A DNA stretch of 29,186 nucleotides from Geosiphon pyriformis uo1 (taxonomy: Eukaryota > Fungi > Glomeromycota). Every line of letters starts with the position of its first letter. The stretch's first letter is position 1. Location: NCBI GenBank assembly GCA_016748015.1, contig JAAOMT010000543.1:608159-637344 (forward strand), given 5' to 3'. Positions 21,818-29,186 of the stretch are shown here, one piece after another. The position numbers and the translations under genes are program-made. The notes beneath the pieces were generated by a model that was not told the DNA's origin, made no database searches, and saw only the letters and a program-made list of their open reading frames with translations.

Positions 21818-24800
21818 GCAATTTGGTTTGGAAATTTGCAATGTGCAATATTTGAGGTATCAATGTTCTTGCTAAGTAAGCAGACATTGTTTGTTGGCAT
21901 GTAAGTTCTAGGAATATGGTTTCTTTTGTTACTAAAACAAAGTTGAAGTCCTCTGCTGGGCCATAGATTAAGGATAAGTTTGATGGAATTCAGATTTTTA
22001 CTTCTGGTTTGGATGTTGGTTATTTTAGTGCTGGTGTTGCTGTGATCATGAACAATTTTTTGGCTTGCCATGTTTCTAAGATTGATAAGATTCCTGGTCA
22101 GGTTGTCTCTGTGTGACTGTTGTTTAAAGGCAAGCTCTCAGTAACTGTGCTCGGTTTGTACACTGATGCTTTTTCTGGTGTTCATTTTGGTTAGGTGTTT
22201 GAGATTAATTCTATCATTGCCAAGGCTGTTAATACTAGCACTTTTATTGTATTGGATGAGGATTTCAATGAAAGCAGATCTGGGAGGAGTGTGAGTTACA
22301 GGTTTTGCTTGGGTCTGGGTCTGGTTAATTCTTTTACAGGCCATCATTTGGCTGGAGCACCTACATGATGCAATTCGAAAAGAGTTGAAAAGACTATTAA
22401 TTACATTTTAGTTGGTGAAAATCTGTTTTCTACTGTTGCTAAGCATTGTATTGGGCCTGTTTCTGAATTTTTTGATATGGATCACAGTATTGTTATGGTG
22501 TTGGTTGGTTTAGTTGGGCTCTTGAATGTTCGGTTAAATAGTTTGCGCAAGCAGACTAACAAAGATTGTTGGAAGTTCAGGATTAAGGATGCAGATATTG
22601 CCAAGTGGACTAAGTTTAAAGATTGTGTTTCAGCTAGGCTTTAGTTGGTCAGAGACTTCTTCTCTGATGCCAAAGCTGGTGGTGATTTGGATACTATGTG
22701 GGCAATTTTGGAAAAAGAAATGGTTGATTCAGCTGATAAGGTTTTCTTGAGACATTGGTTTAGTGAATTTCAGTGCTCTAGAAATAGGCATTCTTCAAAG
22801 TTCTTTGGGCTTGAATTGCTCATTGCCAAGATTGTTAGTAAGATTTGTTTTGGTAACATGCTTGGAATTGATTGTCTTGTAAGAAAATGGTCCACTTTAG
22901 ACAAAACCAAAGCTTGCGTTTTCTCTAATTTGGTCATCTTGAGTGGGGATAGTGTGGTTCTTTTCAAACACTTGTCATTAGTTTGCAAAGAGTATAGGAG
23001 ATCAAAAATGTTTGAGTCAAGGTTGGCTGAAGAGGTGTCTATTTGGAATGCTATAGACAAGTGCATGGAGAGTTTTGCTTCTAATAAAGATAGCATGATT
23101 AGAAGTGTTTTAAACTGGTCTTTTTGCAAGGTGGTCCTTGACCATTTGGTGGTTGATAGTAACTTGGTTTTGGAGCCCAAGGAGGTGAAATCTAAGGTGG
23201 ATGAAATCATGGTAGGATGGACAAGAGTGCACACTATATCTTTGTTGTTGCCTGATTACTGGATCTGCCAGTACATATCATTGAATTACGTAAGGAACAA
23301 GGCTTTTTCTGGTGTTATGAAGGAGATTGGTATGGAGGAGTTGCTTCTGGTGGTGGGTGATCTGCCTGATGGCAAAACCACTGGCCTGTCTAGTATTCCT
23401 AATGAACTATGAAAGCATAGTGGTGAGATGGCTTTGAGTTGTCTGTTGACTTTGCTGAATGCTTGCTTGTCTGCTGGCAGGGTGCCTGTTTCTTGGCAAA
23501 AGGCCTGAGTGTCAATGATTTCTAAGCCATATAATTGGGATGGTGTTTTCACAAACACACATCTTATTGCTCTGATTGAAACTGCCAGGAAGATTTTTTT
23601 TAAGGTTTTGTTTGATTGAATTTCATTTGTGTATAGTAAGTTTGGTGTTCTTTGTAGTAACAATTTTTTGGTATTGAAAGGCATGTCCATACAGTCTCCA
23701 GTATTTGCTGTTGGGGCAGTTGTGGAGAACACTCTCAAGAAGAATAGGAAACTTTGGTTGGTCCTGCAGGACATGCGAAAAGCATATGATTCTGTTGGGT
23801 GACATCATTTGAGGGCTAGCTTACAGAGAATTAAGATGTGTGACAAGTTCATCAAATTTTTTGGTAATATACACAAGAGTAGGTTCAATAAGGTGATGAC
23901 TGATTTTGGTCTTTCTGATGGATATTGTGTTTGCGATAATTTAGATCAAGGTGAAGTCTTCTCACTGCTTTTGTGGAGGATTTTTTACAATCCACTTCTA
24001 TGTGAGGTCAAGAGACATGAACAGTTTTTTGGGTACTAGATATGTTCCAAGTTTGTTTTGAAATTAGGTCGAATTGAAAGCAGTGGTAGATTGTCTTCTT
24101 ATTTTGCAGTTGGTGCTTTCATTGATGATATGATTTGGGTTGGGAACTGTCAAGCTGCTACTCAGAATATTTTGGACATTGCAAGTGAGTTTTTTGTTGT
24201 CAATAACATTTCCATCAACAATGAAAAAACCATGGCTATTCCAATCAATCTGAGTGTTAAAATTGCTTTTTTGAGTATTAGTGGTCTGCCTATTTTGATA
24301 GCCAAGAAGGGTGAAACTCATTGTTATCTGGGAATTTTTTTGTCTACTGAGGGACTTTCAAAGCCGAGTGTGGCCAAGACTTATTTTAATGTTCATTTTT
24401 TTGCTAATGTGGTTCTCAGAAAAGCTATTATTAATAAACAGTTTTTGTATTTGGTGTCAGTCATCTTGCAGCCTATTATCAGCTATCACACTCAGTTCAG
24501 TTTTGTTTTGTCAAATATTTGCTGCAAATGGGATGTGATATTGAGGAAGAGACTTAAGTCTAAGGCTGGTTTATCTCGTGACTTCTCTAGTGAGGCTCTG
24601 TGTCATCTGTCTTTATATGGTCTGAAGTTTTTTGAGCAGGTGCAGTCCAAAGAGAAGTTGGCTGCCTTAATTTCATTTTCCAATTTTTCTGAAGTGCTTG
24701 GCCAATTTTTTAAGCACAGATGTCTCAATTTGCAGGTTCTGAAGTGGTCTCCTTTGAACCCTTTGCAGTTTCTTGTTAAGTTGTGTGTTAATTCTGTGAA

Positions 24801-26505
24801 CAATTTTCTGGCTGGTGTGGTTAAAATTTTTTTGTGCAATGAGTTGTCTTTGTCAAATGGCTTGTCTAATGCATTTCGCAGTCCTGGTAGTTTTCTTGTA
24901 TCTTCTATTCTGAGAAGTTCTCTGCACTTCAATTCTGTTTATTTATTGATGCATTTTGGTGTGGTCTTTGGTAATAGATTGTTTGATAGGAAGGGACATG
25001 TTATGAGTTGGGTGACTTTTAGATGCTAAAAAAAATTGGATCCAAGGGGTCCTGTTTCTCACTGGTTTAGGGTTGTGTCTGATTTTTTTTGTAGTACTGG
25101 TGTCTTATTGGCCAGTTCTATGAGGTCTACTTGTGTTTCTGGTTTGAACATTCTGGATTCCAAGAATTTTTCTGTGATTCTTAGTGGGTTACATGAGATC
25201 TAGTCTGACTTGTTTGAGGTCTTTATGGATGGCTCATTAAAAAATTTTGGTCATATTGATGTTGCTGGTAGTACAGCTGTTTATTTTTCTGCTATAGATT
25301 TGAGTATTAATGTTAGAGTTTATAGTCTGTTGTCTTTTACTATGGCCAAACTGCAAGCCATTGCTTTGTCTTTGGAGTGTGTTCCGTCTTTTTGTACAGT
25401 GGTTGTGCATACTGCCAGTTAGGTAGCTATTGATGTATGTGTTTCTGAAATGTTGTTGTCTGTGCCTGATTTTTGCTCCTTTTGTTGGTTGGAAAGACAC
25501 CAGATTTTTAATTTGATTCATGAAAAGAATCTTTCTGTATGGTAGATTAAGATTAAGGGACATTCTGGAATTCTTGGCAATGTTAAGGCTGATGCTGCTG
25601 CTGGTGACACTGCTTTTTCTCATTTGTCTTTGCCTGTCAGTGTCCAGGAGCAATTTTTGGTAGCTGAAGGCACATCAGTGTTTAGCAATGCTCATCATTT
25701 TGTTTGGAATTTGTATAGATCTGTTTGTCATACATGATGGAAAGTAGAACCTGGCCATGATGTGATTCCTGAAGTGCTAATTAAGGCTGTAGATTGGGGT
25801 GCTACCACTAAAGTGTGGCATCCTGATTCGTAAATGCTTGTTGGTTTTACTAGTCAGAGGTTTTCCTGTCTTTGCACGTACCTGATAAAGGCTGTGCATT
25901 GATGGCTTCCTGTGGCAGTTAGAAAATGGTTATATGATAGGTCTTATCTTGGTGTGCTTTGCTTACTGTGTCATGAGGTGGAGTTACCAAATCATGTTTT
26001 CACATATTCTCATGATGTGAAGATTTGTGGGGAAGTTTTGGCTGTGGTATCTGCAGATTGGCTTTCCATGGTCAGTCCTCGTGGCTCATTGCCTTCTGCT
26101 GTTTTGCAATCTCTTGGTCAGTGTTCTGTAAATGTTAAATTATATTCAGTCTTGTGTAAGGGGTTTGTGCTGAGGGAATGGTATGCTGAAGCTGTGGGAA
26201 TTTTTGATAGTAAAAAGAAAACTGTCAGTGCTGTGGTTGGCTTTGTTGAGTGTTTAGTTAAGCTGCATCGCTTTAAGGCCTGGTTGGCGAGGTCAGTGTT
26301 TAGAGTGAGAATGGAGAAAGCTGGTTTGGTTGGGGATGACAGTTTGTTTTCAGGTTTGTCTCACTGCTTGGGTTTTTTGTTGTCCGATAAGGTGGTAAGA
26401 ATGCTTAGTATTGCTGGCTCTTTTGCTGTTAGTTTTGGTCATTGCAGGTCTTGTCTCTTTTTCTTTGGTTTGGATGGTAGTCTGTGTGTTAGTATTGGTG
26501 TGTAA
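21814..26505 (+). pseudogene. LINE ORF2 polyprotein (1563 codons + stop): APE endonuclease, reverse transcriptase, RNase H, C-terminal Zn-finger remnant
   Basis: ATG 21814 is in frame with track ORFs 22645, 23809, 24058, 25210 and 25912, so there is no net frameshift. APE: MCNI*GIN, VTKTK, LDEDFNE, KTINYI, DMDH. RT: LQDMRKAYDSV, LDQGEVFSLLLW, FIDD, YLGI. RNase H: VFMDGS, AKLQAI, KIKGHSGILGNVKAD. C-terminus: CLLCHEVELPNHVF. About 19 in-frame stops by hand count. Confidence 0.95.
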
Positions 26506-26638
26506 TATTGCTTTGTCTGGCCTAAGTGGCTAGTCACATGTAGAAAATGCATGAGCTGCATTTAGTTTGAGTCTCTTAGTTTGGTTTTATGTACTAAATA
26601 GCAGTTGGGTTTTACTCATTAAAAGCATAATAAAAAAA

Positions 26639-26652
26639 AAATTATACAAGCT
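26639..26652 (+). repeat. Right target-site duplication (14 bp)
   Basis: aaattatacaagct, directly after and overlapping the A tail. Confidence 0.9.
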
Positions 26653-27775
26653 TGAAATTTTGGTATTTAAAATTGTTAAAAAATTATGAATTAAATTAAA
26701 TATAAAGTTTATATTGTTAATAAATTGTTAAAAATTTTTTAATAATATAAATACTAATTTTGTTTAAGCTTTTTTAGATGTTAATACTAATTTTAATAAT
26801 ATTTATTTCATTTTATATGATGTATAAAAGTTATATTATAGATTTGTTATTTTTAAGTATATAAAAAACTTTATAATCAAAATAAATTACATTATTAAGA
26901 ATATTTTAAAGTATTTATTTTAAAAAATAGTTTTAAATTATTTGGTTGTAAAAAATAAGTTGATTTTAGTTTTTAGTAATATTAAATCTAAAGTAAACAT
27001 TATTATAAAAAAATAAACAAGAAAAAAACAGTTTTAAAAAATATTTTTAATTTGTAATAATATTAATACTTACTTCTTAATTATATAAACAATAATGCTT
27101 TTTTTAAAGTTATAAATACTATTGGTTTTAATTAAATATTTAATATAATCAAAAAGCTTTCTAATAGAAAAATTGCTAATTTGTTTGATATTTTTAATAA
27201 ACTTTAAATACATTGTAATAATTTAATATTATATATGGTTTAAATTTTTTTAATATTTATTTGGTCTGTAAATTAGTTTTTTAATCATAAAAAATATAAA
27301 TAAAATAAAGTTTTAATTAAAACTTTTTAGATAATTTTTTTCAAAATTTTTTTAAGCAAAATTTTTTTAATATATAACAAGTTTAATATTCTTTATAATA
27401 ATAATTTTTCTGTTTTCAAAGACATTACAATTAAGTTTTTGATTTTTGTTATTGGTTTTGTAATAGAAAATGCTTTAAAAAAAATTACAAACTTTAGTTG
27501 GTTTTATAGAATATGTAAAAATTTTATAATTCTATTAGAAAATTTTATTTAAGAAATAATTTATATAAAGTTAAGATATATAATAAGTTGATTTAATTTT
27601 TTAATGACATTTATAATAACAAAATTAATTAAATAATAACAGATTTTGGATTAACAAATAAGTATTAAGTACATAATAATTTAAACTAAGATAAAGTTTT
27701 TTTTTATTTTTATAAAAAAATTTTTAACCTTTTTTTATGTAAAATAAAGAAACAAAAAAATCTGTATATAGTCAA
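26639..27775 (+). mobile_element. LINE relic C, right half (linker + RT core), truncated before the DD motif
   Basis: KLYKLEILVFKIVK (= KFFGLELLIAKIVS), KIVLNYLVVKNKLIL (= KVVLDHLVVDSNLVL, ~26925), NNNFSVFKDITIKFLIFVIGFVIENAL (~27397; = NNFLVLKGMSIQSPVFAVGAVVENTL), ITDFGL (~27636), NL N*DKVF (= NLDQGEVF). Homology ends near 27770. Confidence 0.88.
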
Positions 27776-28030
27776 ATCTAAAATAATTTATATTAAGATA
27801 ACTCATAGTATTTTGAATTTACCAATTTGATAGTTAAAAAATTCTTATGTTTATAACTTATATCTATAATATCCAATAATTTATAACTTTTTACTATCAC
27901 TATAAGTTATTTTAAGTGCTAAATTTAGTTTAAATTTTGTTAATTTTAGTAAAATTACAGTAAAGCAAACCAATATTTCTATAATTAAAAATACTATATA
28001 ATAATATATTATTATTTATTTAACAGAATA

Positions 28031-28630
28031 ATTATTAATTATGTAAATAATCAAATCAAAGTTTCAAATTATTCTAAGTTTTAAATTTTTATTAATTATG
28101 AATAATCAAGTCAGTTTTAAATTGTTTTAAGTTCTAAATTATTATTAATTATATAAGTAATTAAGTTAGAATTTCAAATTATTCTAAGTTTTAAATTATT
28201 ACTAATCTTATAAATAATTAAATTAAAGTTTTAAATTGTTTCAAGTTTTAAATTATTACTAATCTTATAAGTAATTAAGTCAAAGTTTCAAATTGTCTCA
28301 AATTCTAAATTATTATTAGTTGTATAAATAATTAAATTAAAGTTTTGAATTGTTCTAAGTTCTAAATTATCATCAATTATATAAGTAATTAAATCAAAGT
28401 TTCGAATTATTCTAAGTTCTAAATTATTATCAATTGTATAAGTAATCAAATTAAAGTTTTAAATTGTTCTAAGTTCTAAATTATTATTAATTATATAAGT
28501 AATCAAGTTAAGTTTCAATTTGTTTTAAGCTCTAAATTATTATTAATTGTGTAAATAATCAAATTAAAATTTTAAATTATTTTAAGTTTTAAATTATTAT
28601 TAATTGTGTGAATAATTAAGTCAGATTTTT
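28031..28630 (-). repeat. 57-bp tandem array, ~10.5 copies; probable eroded 19-aa coding repeat on the minus strand
   Basis: Anchor motif recurs at 28074, 28127, 28184, 28241, 28298, 28355, 28412, 28469, 28525 and 28582. The best-preserved unit reads YTIDNNLELRIIRNFDLIT on the minus strand. There are no unique spacers. Confidence 0.92.
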
Positions 28631-29186
28631 GGATTAGTTTTATTTAATCAGAATTTTAATTGTATTTTTTTTTGCTTTTTGATTCTATTATATCTAATAG
28701 CAAAAAGCATGCTATCTTTTTAGCTTGTATTTTGCAAAGTTATAAAAATATTATACTTTATAATAAGTTTATAATATTTAATTAATATCATGTAAATAAT
28801 AAAACCAAATAAAAACTGCAAAACACTTTAACAAAAACTGTTTTTTATATATAAAACAGTTTTTAATTTTGGCTTAGATTAAAGATAAACCAAATTTTTG
28901 TTTATAAGCAAATACAATATATAACTTAATTAGTAAATATATATCTATAGTATTTAATTTTAACTTTGATAAAACACTTATTATTTTTGTTTAAAAGACA
29001 AAATTATGTAAAATAATACTTACTAAAGATATAATTTGAGCTGTTAACATAAAATTCTATGATTAATTAGATATTCCAGAAAATAAATGCTAAAAACTAT
29101 CTAATGACTGATTTAAAAGCTTTAAAACTATGTTGAATCATATTCACTTTACTTTCATAATAATATATCATTAGATAATATTATAA

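Larger units (their letters stand above)
19745..26640 (+). mobile_element. Full-length LINE (non-LTR retrotransposon, APE-RT-RNase H type), ~6.9 kb, inactivated by in-frame stops
   Basis: Sharp GC rise at both ends, ~120-nt pyrimidine-rich 5'UTR, two overlapping ORFs, ~125-nt 3'UTR, AATAAA running into a short A tail (26629-26641), flanked by a 14-bp TSD. Confidence 0.96.

Noticed and set aside
19969-25653. Minus-strand and alternate-frame track ORFs within the young LINE (e.g. 20479-20814, 22770-23234, 23286-23774, 25237-25653)
   Set aside because: Shadow frames of ORF1/ORF2 with no recognisable motifs.
19865-26505. Alternative genetic code, readthrough or A-to-I repair explaining the in-frame stops
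   Set aside because: All three stop codons occur and replace different expected residues (W, R, Q), and catalytic motifs also carry missense transitions. No single recoding rule rescues the ORFs.
28031-28630. CRISPR array
   Set aside because: Contiguous tandem units with no unique spacers, no cas genes and a eukaryotic context.

Overview
Eukaryotic, very AT-rich, transposon-dominated window. The intron style and protein families suggest an early-diverging fungus; the LINE proteins resemble from memory those of Glomeromycotina such as Geosiphon pyriformis, which is unverified. Left to right it holds: (1) a probable class-3 lipase-like exon running off the left edge (- strand); (2) a heavily AT-eroded, near full-length LINE relic (~1520-8305, +); (3) a 3-exon Crinkler(CRN)-like coiled-coil/REase/kinase pseudogene (8719-10638, -); (4) an eroded IS630/Tc1/mariner-like transposase relic (~11930-13560, -); (5) a CpG-retaining island with short repeats (~15650-16580); (6) a full-length 6.9-kb LINE (19745-26640; ORF1 RRM+CCHC, ORF2 APE-RT-RNase H-Zn) with a 14-bp TSD, nested inside a third, much more eroded LINE; and (7) a 57-bp tandem array (28031-28630). 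The main signal is a C->T/G->A mutational process acting in CpG and non-CpG contexts. It is seen at several stages of progress: in the young LINE both reading frames stay in register and are broken only by stop codons, while the old copies have lost most G and C. This resembles RIP-like genome defence. All alignments and back-mutations were done by eye.
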